From the NCBI GenBank assembly GCA_963758495.1, contig CAVWVI010000001.1, forward strand, positions 96,001-160,000: a stretch of 64,000 bases of DNA, in the 5' to 3' direction. Positions 1 through 9,069 of this stretch are shown in pieces. Both the position numbers and the translations under genes were made by a program. Under the pieces are notes generated by a model, which saw only the letters and a program-made list of their open reading frames with translations, was not told the DNA's origin and did not search any database. The stretch comes from Oligoflexia bacterium (GTDB lineage: Bacteria; Bdellovibrionota; UBA1018). Position 1 is the stretch's first letter; every line of letters starts with the position of its first letter.

Positions 1-1236
1 CGGGAGCACTGGGGTGTGGAGATTTCCGGATCGGGAAAGCTTGGTTCTTAAGTCGTTGATATGTTTTTTGAAGTAATATTCAAGTTGGGCTTTGAAAAGA
101 CCTTCTATTTTTGACTCTCTATTTTCAGAGAAAGCCTTCGGATTTCTTAATTTATCTGTGCCCGTTATAGTGATGTCATTTAGATTTTGTGGAGTATCTT
201 TGAGTAATGCTTTTGCGATCATAGCTAAATCTTCATTTGAACTCGTATTGGCTTTAGAAAAAATCTGGTTGTTCTGTTGCGATCCTTTTGTTGCAAGTTC
301 CTCTTTGAGTCTGCTAATTTTCTCGAGAAGATGTTCTATTTGGGAGTTTTTAATATCACGCTCTTCAGCAAGCTTTTGAATCTGGGATTTTTTTCCAGTG
401 AGATCCCATTCAAGTGCACATAATCGAGCCAGTTGGGCATCACTTTCTAATGTAGATGATTGGATTTGAAGGTCCTTTTTAGTAAGTTCCTTTTCAGCGA
501 GATTTTTTTCGAGAGTCGCTATTTGGAGTTCTCTTACAGCGCGTTCCCGCTCGAGGGTCTGTCCAAGAGTTTCGATCTCAAAGTTCTTAGCTGCTAATTC
601 TTGCTGAAAAAGCAGAATTTGATGATGATTCGAAGTACTTTCTTGTTTAAGTGAATCTGAAAGGTCTGGGTTATTACGCTCATCATGAGGTATTGCAGAA
701 GCATCTGTGTGCTCTTTTACCGCTTTTAGAATTTTATCCTGATACGCTACGAGGCGAGCTTCGCAATTTTGGGTTAAAGATTCAAGCATATCTGAAATAC
801 TAAGAAATTCTTCCTGAAACCAACCCAGACTCCTCTGAAGATTCCCTGAGTCTGCACCCAGGTTTTTTGTAGGAAGAGTGGCCAGGCAAGTCTGGATTCC
901 TTCTAATTTCTCCTTCATCGCTGGATAAGGGATTTCGCTTAAGCAGTAGCTGATTTCATTCGATAGATTAAGATGAATTGCAGCTAAATTACCGCTTGTG
1001 GTCAGAGCTGCGCCCATTTGAAATGTTTGGCCATTTTGCCGTGCAAGAGATTGAATATTTTCAATCTCGATCTTCTTGGAGTGGGCAGACGAGGAGAGCC
1101 ATTTGAGTTGGGTACAGACCCGGCTCATGGTGGAGAATTGACTGAGCATCGGCGTAATATTGGCCGATACGGAAGAAGTCGAGGTGGTAAACAAAACAAA
1201 AGAGATTGCAAGTGTTGCTAGACTTCTAAATATCAT
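1..1236 (-). CDS. Hypothetical exported coiled-coil protein (3' end runs off window)
   Basis: Manually translated: ATG at 1236, MIFRSLATLAISFVLFTTSTSSVSA signal-like N-terminus, open for 412 codons to position 1; E/K/L/Q-rich heptad-like middle. Not in the ORF track because no stop is in the window. Confidence 0.8.
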   Translation of the reverse strand, partial: MIFRSLATLAISFVLFTTSTSSVSANITPMLSQFSTMSRVCTQLKWLSSSAHSKKIEIENIQSLARQNGQTFQMGAALTTSGNLAAIHLNLSNEISYCLSEIPYPAMKEKLEGIQTCLATLPTKNLGADSGNLQRSLGWFQEEFLSISDMLESLTQNCEARLVAYQDKILKAVKEHTDASAIPHDERNNPDLSDSLKQESTSNHHQILLFQQELAAKNFEIETLGQTLERERAVRELQIATLEKNLAEKELTKKDLQIQSSTLESDAQLARLCALEWDLTGKKSQIQKLAEERDIKNSQIEHLLEKISRLKEELATKGSQQNNQIFSKANTSSNEDLAMIAKALLKDTPQNLNDITITGTDKLRNPKAFSENRESKIEGLFKAQLEYYFKKHINDLRTKLSRSGNLHTPVLP

Positions 1237-1324
1237 AACGCATTTGCAATAGCCTATCCCGCTGTAGCAGTCAACTTTAGTCTCACTTAGGGCAGCTCAG
1301 CCGTAATTCGGAGTGCTTATGCTA

Positions 1325-1491
1325 ACATTGTGCGCCTGCCACGAAGGATGAATTGCAAAAATCCATAAAGAATTCAAATACTCATCTAGACAAAGTGACG
1401 ATGTGAACCCACTTGTCATGAAATCATCATAAAGGTAACGTCATCATGATAACTTAACTTGACCTCGTCCTTCGTGGCAGGCGCACAATGT
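1325..1491. mobile_element. MITE-like element with 24-bp perfect terminal inverted repeats and 6-bp target-site duplication
   Basis: ACATTGTGCGCCTGCCACGAAGGA (1325-1348) and its exact reverse complement (1468-1491); ATGCTA directly repeated at 1319-1324 and 1492-1497. Confidence 0.75.
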
Positions 1492-1494
1492 ATG

Positions 1495-3027
1495 CTAATA
1501 GTAGTGATGATAAATATCCTTCGGGTAGGTTGCCGGTTTACAATCAAATGCGGGTTTTAGTTCTCGTTCTAAAACAGTGAGGTCAATTTTAGAATTTTCA
1601 GGAATGAGATTGGTTAAGAGGTATTGGTTTCCTACTTGTATTTGAGTTTTAAATAACTGAAGAGTGTCTAATGCTATGCATTTTTCTAAATTTTGACCTG
1701 AAAGAATAATCCATCGAGGTTGATTCTTTTGAATTGCTGAAGATGCAGAAGCGCAACTCACAATATCCACTGACCGATCTGCATAAAAGTTGAGTACGAG
1801 TTGATAATCCATACTCGAGCCAATAGGTTCTCCTCCTGGAATCAGTAATATTTTGTCGTCGCAATGGCCATAAGATTGTATGAAAGGAATAAATTTTTTA
1901 AGCGCAATAAAAGCTTCTGGGCCTAGCGTGGTGGGAGTACAAAGTAAAAAGGCAAGGAAGATAGGAACGGTGCAGTTAAAGGCTGAATAGATTTGATCTT
2001 CAAAACGCTTGACTAATTCAATGATGGAATAAGCGGATAAAAAAGCAAGAAATGGAAAAACAGGATTATAATAATACCCCATCCGAGCACGAACCAGAGT
2101 GATCGCGATTGCAACAATAGAGATACTTACTATGGAGATTAAAACTACCGGTATTCGCCAAAGCTTTTTTCGAATGATTTCAAAGATACTGAAACACAGG
2201 AGGGGAAGCCAAGGTAGAAATCCCGTTCTGATCAGTTCAAAAAACATCCACGGGTCAGAGGCATGAGTATTATTTCTACCTCCTACTGCGGTTCCCCAGA
2301 CTTGTCTCATCCAATAATCTTTAACTAAGAACCACCCACCTAGTATTCCTGTAGCTAACCAAATCAGAGAACCTAAAATGAGAGCGAAAAATAAAGAAAA
2401 TAAAAGAGGTCGAATCGTTTTCTTGAGGCGTCCTTGAAGGGCGGCAACTAAGAAAGCAGAAGGAAAAACCAGGAGAACTACGGGTGTTTTGATCCAGAGT
2501 CCAATACCCGTTGCCACTCCCACCCATCTCCACTTATCTTTTTGCCAAAATATAAATGATAGAAGAACAAAAAACATCATAGGAGGGTCTAGGCTAAAAG
2601 TGGCACCTGTGAGGATAATATCGCGGGTGGTAAGAAGTAGGAGAGCAGCTATAAAACCAAAGAGATCGGAGCATAATAGAGATCCAAGGTAGAATGTGAG
2701 CAAAACACATCCGGTTGAAAAGCTGGCAGTTAAAATTCGAGCAGACCAACTGGAGGGTCCTAAAGCTCTCATAATCCAACCGTTGACCCAAAACATAAAA
2801 AAAGGATGGTCATTAAAATTAGACTCACTTTTCAAATGCTGTTCATTGGTATCCCGCATGGGAAGGTGAGGGAGAAGGCCGTGATCGGTTACATTAAGAG
2901 AAACCTTGGCGTGAATATTAGAATCGATTCCTCGAAGAGTATTTTCATAAGATTTTCCTAAGAATAAAACGAAAGAAAGAGCAATCAGTCCTATGATGGC
3001 GAGAAAAAGATTGGATTTTATCTTCAT
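1495..3027 (-). CDS. ArnT/PMT-like (GT-C fold) membrane glycosyltransferase
   Basis: Multi-TM 510 aa; DHPFFMFW, SARI, LDPPMMFF and GLWIK motifs typical of ArnT-like enzymes. Confidence 0.8.
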   Translation of the reverse strand: MKIKSNLFLAIIGLIALSFVLFLGKSYENTLRGIDSNIHAKVSLNVTDHGLLPHLPMRDTNEQHLKSESNFNDHPFFMFWVNGWIMRALGPSSWSARILTASFSTGCVLLTFYLGSLLCSDLFGFIAALLLLTTRDIILTGATFSLDPPMMFFVLLSFIFWQKDKWRWVGVATGIGLWIKTPVVLLVFPSAFLVAALQGRLKKTIRPLLFSLFFALILGSLIWLATGILGGWFLVKDYWMRQVWGTAVGGRNNTHASDPWMFFELIRTGFLPWLPLLCFSIFEIIRKKLWRIPVVLISIVSISIVAIAITLVRARMGYYYNPVFPFLAFLSAYSIIELVKRFEDQIYSAFNCTVPIFLAFLLCTPTTLGPEAFIALKKFIPFIQSYGHCDDKILLIPGGEPIGSSMDYQLVLNFYADRSVDIVSCASASSAIQKNQPRWIILSGQNLEKCIALDTLQLFKTQIQVGNQYLLTNLIPENSKIDLTVLERELKPAFDCKPATYPKDIYHHYY

Positions 3028-3060
3028 AAAATGATCCTTTTAACCTATTGTACCGTCTCC

Positions 3061-3432
3061 ATGATGGCAAGATCTTTCACTTTAATTTTGATTGCTTTTT
3101 ATCTGGGTTGCGGGGGATGTTACCTGTTGCAGGCCTGGTTGGGGTGCAATGCTGTGCTGGCATCATCACTTTCTGGGTTGATCTGTACGTTCGTGCCGCT
3201 CCCAAGGCAGTTCAATCGAAAGGAAGTCTATTCGGCGTTTTATACAGGAACCTTTGCTGGAATGAGTTCTAACGTTTTGATTTCCGGGCACTCACAGGTT
3301 TGTATTGTTTCGGTGATAGGAGCAGTCGTTTACCTTTTGGCAAAACCGTATTTAGTGGGTTTTGGTGGAAAAATGGGAGCCATCGCCTTGGGTTCATCTT
3401 TGTTCCTCATTCTGATGAGGTTATTGGGATGA
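3061..3432 (+). CDS. Small integral membrane protein
   Basis: Hydrophobic, FYTGTFAGMS and GFGGKMG motifs; start at ATG 3061 preferred; ATGA overlap with next gene. Confidence 0.7.
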   Translation: MMARSFTLILIAFYLGCGGCYLLQAWLGCNAVLASSLSGLICTFVPLPRQFNRKEVYSAFYTGTFAGMSSNVLISGHSQVCIVSVIGAVVYLLAKPYLVGFGGKMGAIALGSSLFLILMRLLG

Positions 3433-3863
3433 GCTTATTTTATATGGTTTTTGCTTCACTCACAGGAACTTATTTTACTTATTCGCTTATTCATAAATGG
3501 AAAATGAATTCAGTGAGGGCCAGTGCTCTTTCGGCTTTTCTTTTTGTGATTTTTTCTTCCTTTTTTCCCATTCCTCTTTTGGTATCTCTTCAACCTGTTT
3601 TCTTGGGTGGAACATTCGTCGCCATGACTGAGACTCACCGTTTGAGCGAAAGAAAAGTGTTCTTTGCAAGTTTTCTATTTGCGATGATCTTTTTTTGGAT
3701 CCGACAACTGGAGTTGTTGCGCTTTCATGGTGGGAATATCGGGGGGGCTATTGGCGGAACTGCTTTTGTAGCTTGCTTGATTGTTTATGGGGGGCAGAAG
3801 CTCATTCCAGCTTTTGCTCATTTCTTCAGTATATTTTTAAGTTCGGATAGTGATGTCATATAA
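3429..3863 (+). CDS. Small integral membrane protein (partner/paralog of upstream gene)
   Basis: ATG at 3429 overlaps upstream stop; VRASA, FLGGTFVAM and GGAIGGTAF motifs resemble the upstream protein. Confidence 0.7.
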   Translation: MSLFYMVFASLTGTYFTYSLIHKWKMNSVRASALSAFLFVIFSSFFPIPLLVSLQPVFLGGTFVAMTETHRLSERKVFFASFLFAMIFFWIRQLELLRFHGGNIGGAIGGTAFVACLIVYGGQKLIPAFAHFFSIFLSSDSDVI

Positions 3864-3962
3864 AATGAATGAAATCTAAAAATTATTTAACAAACTTTGA
3901 GAACTTGATTCCCGGAGTTATTTCTCGTTGAATCTAGCCGGTTTTTACGTTCTTTACCCACA

Positions 3963-4551
3963 TTAATTAAAAATCGAATTCATGGTTGTTTCGACCATTT
4001 GCTCCAACGTTCGAACATCTTGCTTATTCACTCTCGCCATCACGTTCATGCCCATCGACGTGCCTATAATCGCAGAGGCCAAAGCCGAAGCGTCTTTGAC
4101 GCGAGATATTTCTCCTAGCTTTCTGGCCTTTTTGAATTTGAGAGAGAAAAAGAGCATGCATCTGCTCCACTGACTTCCGTATTTTTTTTGCCAACGCAGG
4201 AGGCACATTATTAAGGGAGATGGCAGTGTTAGCCAGAAAGCATCCACCGGGGAACTTCCGGTCAGTACAACAGCGAATTTGCTCTGCAAAAAAAGCCTGA
4301 AAGCCGACTTTTACTGAACTCGCATTAAGCAGCTTTTCAACCTTTGAAAAGGCAATCTCTTTTGCGTAGAGGTCAATTGCTTCTTCAAAAAGTTTATTCT
4401 TGTCACCAAAGGTCTCGTAGAGGCTCGACTTACTGAGTCCCATCGCTTCTAAAAGTTCCGGGAGATTCGTTGAATCAAACCCGCGGGTCCAAAATACTTC
4501 AATGGCCTTACGCAGTACTAATGTGCGGTCAAATTCTCGGGTTCTTGCCAT
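3963..4551 (-). pseudogene. TetR/AcrR-family regulator, frameshifted near 4120
   Basis: MARTREFD...FWTRGFDST..LLEAMGLSKSSLYETFGDKNKLF HTH; C-terminus (LGEISRVKDASALASAII) is in another frame; deleting one base of TTT at 4120-4122 restores one ORF. Confidence 0.75.
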
Positions 4552-4571
4552 TTCTGCATTATACTGAATTC

Positions 4572-4585
4572 GGACCATTTGGTCC
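4572..4585. promoter_or_regulatory. Putative TetR operator palindrome
   Basis: GGACCA-TT-TGGTCC 20 bp upstream of the TetR start, between divergent tetR and SDR genes. Confidence 0.6.
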
Positions 4586-4767
4586 AGAATAATCTTTACA
4601 AGGGCCACGTTTGTACTTACGATTGTTTAAAGCAAATTAATTTTCAAGGAGAATAGCGAGGCGTACCCATATTCCGCAAGTTATTCAAATGCTTTAAAAC
4701 TAATAGAAGGCAGAAAAAATAATACTTATAAAGAACTATAATTAATAACCTAAAAAGGATAATAAAA

Positions 4768-5696
4768 ATGAACGAAAGTATATTGATAACAGGAGCAAAT
4801 ATTGGGCTTGGGAAAGAAACTGCCCGACAGTTAGCCTTGAAAAAAGAAACAAAAAAGGTAATTCTTTTTTGCAGAAATCAAGCAAAAGCCGAGGAAGCAA
4901 AAAAAGACCTTGAGGAGAAAACAGGAAAAAAGATTTTTGAAATTGTTATTGGGGATGTTTCGGATGCAAATTCTGTAAGAAAAGCAGTAGAAAAAATAAA
5001 GGACCCTATTGATGCAGTAATTTTAAATGCAGGTGGAATGGTTGGCAAAACTGCTGCGCAAATCACGCCTTCCGGTATGAATAATTTAGCTGCGACGAAT
5101 ATTTTAGGTCATGTAGATCTTAGTGGATGAACTTATAAAACAAGATAAGTTAAAAAAAGCAGTGCTATTTGTAAGTGCGGAAGCTGTACCGGGAGTAAAG
5201 CCTCTCGGAATGAAACCGGTTTCAATGAAGACTTCTTCTGTAGATGAGTTTGCTGCTGTTCTTGATGGTTCATATTTTGGTAAAAAGTTCGATGTAACCC
5301 AAGCATACGGATACGTTAAATATGCAGGAACGATGTGGACGTTATCAATGGCAAGAAAATATCCTGACCTCAAATTTGTTGTTATGAGTCCCGGGAACAC
5401 AAAGGGAACTCTGGCACCGGATAATCTTGCCCCAGCCAATGAGATTTATGTTGAAGTACGTAATGATGCCTATTGTATTTCCATTGATGGGAGGAATGGT
5501 GCATAAGATAGAAGTAGGTGTAAAACGCTTCGTAGATGGCATTTCGGATGAGCGATATAAAAGTGGCGTTTTTTATGCGAGTAAAGAGGGTAAGCTATCG
5601 GGGGACGTGGTTGACCAGAGCACGTTTTTTACTGCTTTGAAAAATACTACATTTCAAGATAACGCTGATAAAGCAATTCACCGGTTTATAAAATAG
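4768..5696 (+). pseudogene. Short-chain dehydrogenase/reductase split by two +1 frameshifts
   Basis: TGANIGLG Rossmann motif, LNAGG, YGYVK catalytic motif; three consecutive ORFs join if one base is removed near 5115 and one near 5428. Confidence 0.75.
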
Positions 5697-5728
5697 TAAT
5701 ACCGGACATACTTATTTCCGCTCTTCTT

Positions 5729-5766
5729 AATGTAACACCTCAATAAGTTGAGGTGTTACATTTTTT
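5729..5766 (+). terminator. Rho-independent terminator
   Basis: AATGTAACACCTCAA-TAAG-TTGAGGTGTTACATT followed by a T run, downstream of the SDR gene. Confidence 0.8.
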
Positions 5767-5970
5767 GCTGCTGTTTTATGGAAAGATAATAACGCAATCA
5801 TTTGAGTATTTTTAGAAGAAGAGTAGTGCCACTTTGACCCCATTGAAACAGAAGAATGTACCCCCTTTGTTGTTTATTGAAAAATTACTGAATTCGTCTT
5901 GCACTTCATAGTCATTAATGAATAAGCTCTTCGCTAAATTTGATTCATCAAAAGGGGAGAAAAATAAGAA

Positions 5971-7329
5971 ATGACATTCTGCTCAAGAGTTAGAATTCGC
6001 TTTATTGGAATAGTGTGCCTATTTTTAAATTTCATAAGCATAGACACATTTGCTTTTCCTGTGGAAGTTTCTGACGCACCCACTAATGACTTAGCATTGA
6101 CCGTAAGCGCCATCCACAGTGCTCGCAGTTCTCTCCTGGTTAATATCTATGAGCTGACTTCTCCTGAGATTGTAGCAGCGATTCAGGAGCGAGTTCTTTC
6201 TGGAGTTCATGTTGAAATGATTGAAGAGGGGCAACCTGTAGGTGGTATCTCTGCTGCTGCAAAGCAGGCTCAAGCAAAGATTGTGGAGGCGATGCATAAA
6301 GCCAGACAAAAGGATCATTTTTATGAAATGACCTCAAAAGCTAGAGCGGCTGAGTCAGATGAAGAAGAGGATGAGGTCACCGAAAGATCTGAAGTCGTCA
6401 GAGTAAGCCGAATGAGCGAAGTAAAAAGACGATTTCGCTTTAATCATGCCAAATATATCGTCGTTGATGATCTTGCTCTTTTAATTGGTTCAGAAAACTA
6501 TTCACCCACTGGGCAGCCGGTGGTCGGCAAATTAGGAAATCGGGGTTGGGAAGTCTTGATTCATGATGCTTCGATTGCTCAGGAATTTAAGAGTATCTTT
6601 TACAATGACTGTAATACTTCTCACGGTGATATCGTGGATAGGGTCATAGCAGCTCATGATTTCATGATGAGTCCATTTGCATTCAATTTCACTCCACTCA
6701 CTGACGTGGTGTCTGCTTTGCGAGAAGGGGGTAGGCACAGAGGGGACATTTCACCGGAGATGCCATTTCTAAAAAAACAGCCCAATGCCTTTGAGGTTTC
6801 GACAGTATCAAAGTTGACTTCTCCTGAAACAAGTCTGTCTGGATTAGTCTCTCTTTTAGGTCAAGCCCAATCGAGTTTAGACCTTGAACTCCTGAGTTTG
6901 GACTTAAATTGGGGACAAGTAGATAAAAAATCTCCGCTATTGGATGCAATTATAGATGCGTCGCGCCGTGGAGTTCAAGTCAGAGTGCTCTTGAATGATC
7001 AGACCGCTTTTATAAAAAGAGGAGGCATTCATGGCGAATCCAGCTTTAATAATAAAAATCTGTTGACTGTGAATTATTTAAATCAGATCGCTTCTCATGA
7101 GAAATTAGGCCTTAATGCACGTATTGCGAACGTTAAGGCTATGGGTGTTGATTATATTCATAATAAGGGTGCCCTTATAGATGAAGATAAGACACTCATT
7201 AGTTCAATTAATTGGGGTAGAAATTCTATTGAGAATAACCGAGAAGCGGGTGTAGTGTTAATCAGTCCAGAGGTCCATGATCATTATAAAGCATTATTTG
7301 ATCAAGATTGGAATGCGAGTCGAAATTAA
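5971..7329 (+). CDS. Exported phospholipase D-family protein
   Basis: Two HKD motifs (HAKYIVVD, HNKGALID) and a signal-like N-terminus. Confidence 0.85.
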   Translation: MTFCSRVRIRFIGIVCLFLNFISIDTFAFPVEVSDAPTNDLALTVSAIHSARSSLLVNIYELTSPEIVAAIQERVLSGVHVEMIEEGQPVGGISAAAKQAQAKIVEAMHKARQKDHFYEMTSKARAAESDEEEDEVTERSEVVRVSRMSEVKRRFRFNHAKYIVVDDLALLIGSENYSPTGQPVVGKLGNRGWEVLIHDASIAQEFKSIFYNDCNTSHGDIVDRVIAAHDFMMSPFAFNFTPLTDVVSALREGGRHRGDISPEMPFLKKQPNAFEVSTVSKLTSPETSLSGLVSLLGQAQSSLDLELLSLDLNWGQVDKKSPLLDAIIDASRRGVQVRVLLNDQTAFIKRGGIHGESSFNNKNLLTVNYLNQIASHEKLGLNARIANVKAMGVDYIHNKGALIDEDKTLISSINWGRNSIENNREAGVVLISPEVHDHYKALFDQDWNASRN

Positions 7330-7345
7330 CTCAGCCAGTCACGCT

Positions 7346-7373
7346 AGTTAACATAATATTTCTTATCAGACTT
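7346..7373 (-). other. dif-like XerCD recombination site
   Basis: Minus strand reads AAGTCTGATAA-GAAATA-TTATGTTAACT: 11-6-11 layout with the XerD arm one mismatch from TTATGTTAAAT; intergenic between convergent genes. Confidence 0.7.
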
Positions 7374-7421
7374 ATATTTTGGCTTATATTCTGGCTTATG
7401 TTTTGGTTCATACTCTGGCTC
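7371..7421. repeat. Imperfect 12-bp tandem repeat (about 4 copies)
   Basis: CTTATATTTTGG CTTATATTCTGG CTTATGTTTTGG TTCATACTCTGG abutting the dif-like site. Confidence 0.6.
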
Positions 7422-7461
7422 ATGCTGCCCTTAACTGGATCAATATGAGCCAGCCTTACAT

Positions 7462-7495
7462 AAAAAATCCCGGCAAGAACGATTTCTTGCCGGGA
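7462..7495 (-). terminator. Rho-independent terminator
   Basis: TCCCGGCAAGAA/TTCTTGCCGGGA stem with A6 on the left (U-tail on minus strand), downstream of the phosphoesterase gene. Confidence 0.75.
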
Positions 7496-7523
7496 CCCGG
7501 AGATAAACAAATTAAGGAACTAC

Positions 7524-8390
7524 TTACATAAGCCAAATATCCCCAATGACGGTGGCGGATTTGTCATTTTTATCTAGGGTATTCAAGGAAAAATTCTCTT
7601 CGATCGTTCGAAGTACATTATAGGGATTCTCCTGCTTGTTTTGGGTTGAGCCCGGCTTAACCATAGGACCTATGAAAAGGGTGAAAATTTGGTTTTCTTC
7701 ATCAAAAAATTCTGCTTCATCAAAGGTAACTTCAATGAGGGTTTTCTTCATGCCTTCCTGATCAGCGAGTAAAGGTTCAAGAAAGCTTTCTAGCCATTGT
7801 GCAGCGGTATCAAAATTGGTGTCATGGCCATTATGGTTCATGTTAGGGGTGAAAAATGCATAATGAGGTAACGTATGTGCTTGCCAGTCTTTATTAAATT
7901 GATCGGTTGAAACGACTTTTGCGCACCGTTTAGGGTCGTGTTGAATCGATGTGAAGCTCAATAAAGGGACATGCTTTCGTGCATAGGTCCTCTCTCGGTC
8001 TCCTAAAAAACAATGACCTGGATAATCCTCCGCGTAACTTTTCCAAGTGAGTCCTTTTGCCTCTAAAAGGTCGGCGATCGTTTTTTCAGTCAGGTTTTTT
8101 TGAGAGTCTGAATGAATACCAAAAGTACTCCCTGCGACCATAGCTAAATAATTAGGATAAGAGGGATGAGTGATGGCATTGAAGTGGGTAAATAACGCAC
8201 CTCGATTGATGAGAGTTTTAAAATAGGAATTTGTCACCGCATCTTCATACCCAGTATTTTCAAGAACTATGGTAATGATATGGTCAAATACTTTTCCTTG
8301 AGGTGTAAGGTCAGTTGGATGGTTTGCCATAACAAGACCACACGGCAATGAACCCATGGCAATCCATAATCCAAGCTTAAAGAATTTCAT
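7524..8390 (-). CDS. Secreted phosphoesterase-family acid phosphatase
   Basis: Signal peptide; IVLEN, HPSYPNY, YARKHVP, TPNMNHNGHD, VTFDE and VLRTIEENF motifs. Confidence 0.85.
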   Translation of the reverse strand: MKFFKLGLWIAMGSLPCGLVMANHPTDLTPQGKVFDHIITIVLENTGYEDAVTNSYFKTLINRGALFTHFNAITHPSYPNYLAMVAGSTFGIHSDSQKNLTEKTIADLLEAKGLTWKSYAEDYPGHCFLGDRERTYARKHVPLLSFTSIQHDPKRCAKVVSTDQFNKDWQAHTLPHYAFFTPNMNHNGHDTNFDTAAQWLESFLEPLLADQEGMKKTLIEVTFDEAEFFDEENQIFTLFIGPMVKPGSTQNKQENPYNVLRTIEENFSLNTLDKNDKSATVIGDIWLM

Positions 8391-8451
8391 AGTTTCTCCT
8401 TTGGAATCGTTTTGCTAAGTTAGAAAGTAAATATAAATAAGAGAAATAACA

Positions 8452-9048
8452 ATGGTAATGATATTTTTATTTAGACATGGTGAAACAAATTGGAATGTAG
8501 AAGAGCGCTTCCAAGGACATATTGATATTCCCCTGAATGATAAAGGTCGCGAACAAGCTCGTGGATTAATTCCGATTTTACGTAATCATGCTATCGAAGC
8601 AATATTAAGTAGTGATTTAAGTCGGGCGTTAGAAACTGCCCAAATTATAGCTGATTCATTAAAAGTTCCAGTTTTCACGGAGCCTAAGTTGCGTGAAGCA
8701 TTTTTAGGTAACGCACAAGGTCTTACTCGAGAGGAAATTGAAAGTAAATTTGGTATGGAACTCGCATTTCGTTGGCGATCTTCTCATCTCTCGGATGCGG
8801 ATGTTTGTTATCCGGGAGGAGAAACAGGCCAGGAAATTATTGATCGGACTTTAAATTCCTTAGAAAATTTTTTAAATTCTAATAATTTAAAAATAATCGG
8901 AGTTGCCACTCACGGGGGGGTGATTCGAAGAATCATGCAAAAACTCCTGCCTCCCAACTCTCCTTCCGTGCCTATTCCTAATGGAGTCATTTATCCTATT
9001 TATTACGACCGCAGGCAAGGCTTTAGGTTATCGGTTAGCGGTACCTAA
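8452..9048 (+). CDS. Histidine phosphatase (phosphoglycerate mutase-like)
   Basis: RHGET.WN, SSDLSRALETA, LRE and VATHGG motifs. Confidence 0.9.
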   Translation: MVMIFLFRHGETNWNVEERFQGHIDIPLNDKGREQARGLIPILRNHAIEAILSSDLSRALETAQIIADSLKVPVFTEPKLREAFLGNAQGLTREEIESKFGMELAFRWRSSHLSDADVCYPGGETGQEIIDRTLNSLENFLNSNNLKIIGVATHGGVIRRIMQKLLPPNSPSVPIPNGVIYPIYYDRRQGFRLSVSGT

Positions 9049-9069
9049 AGGAACTCCTTACGTTAAAGT

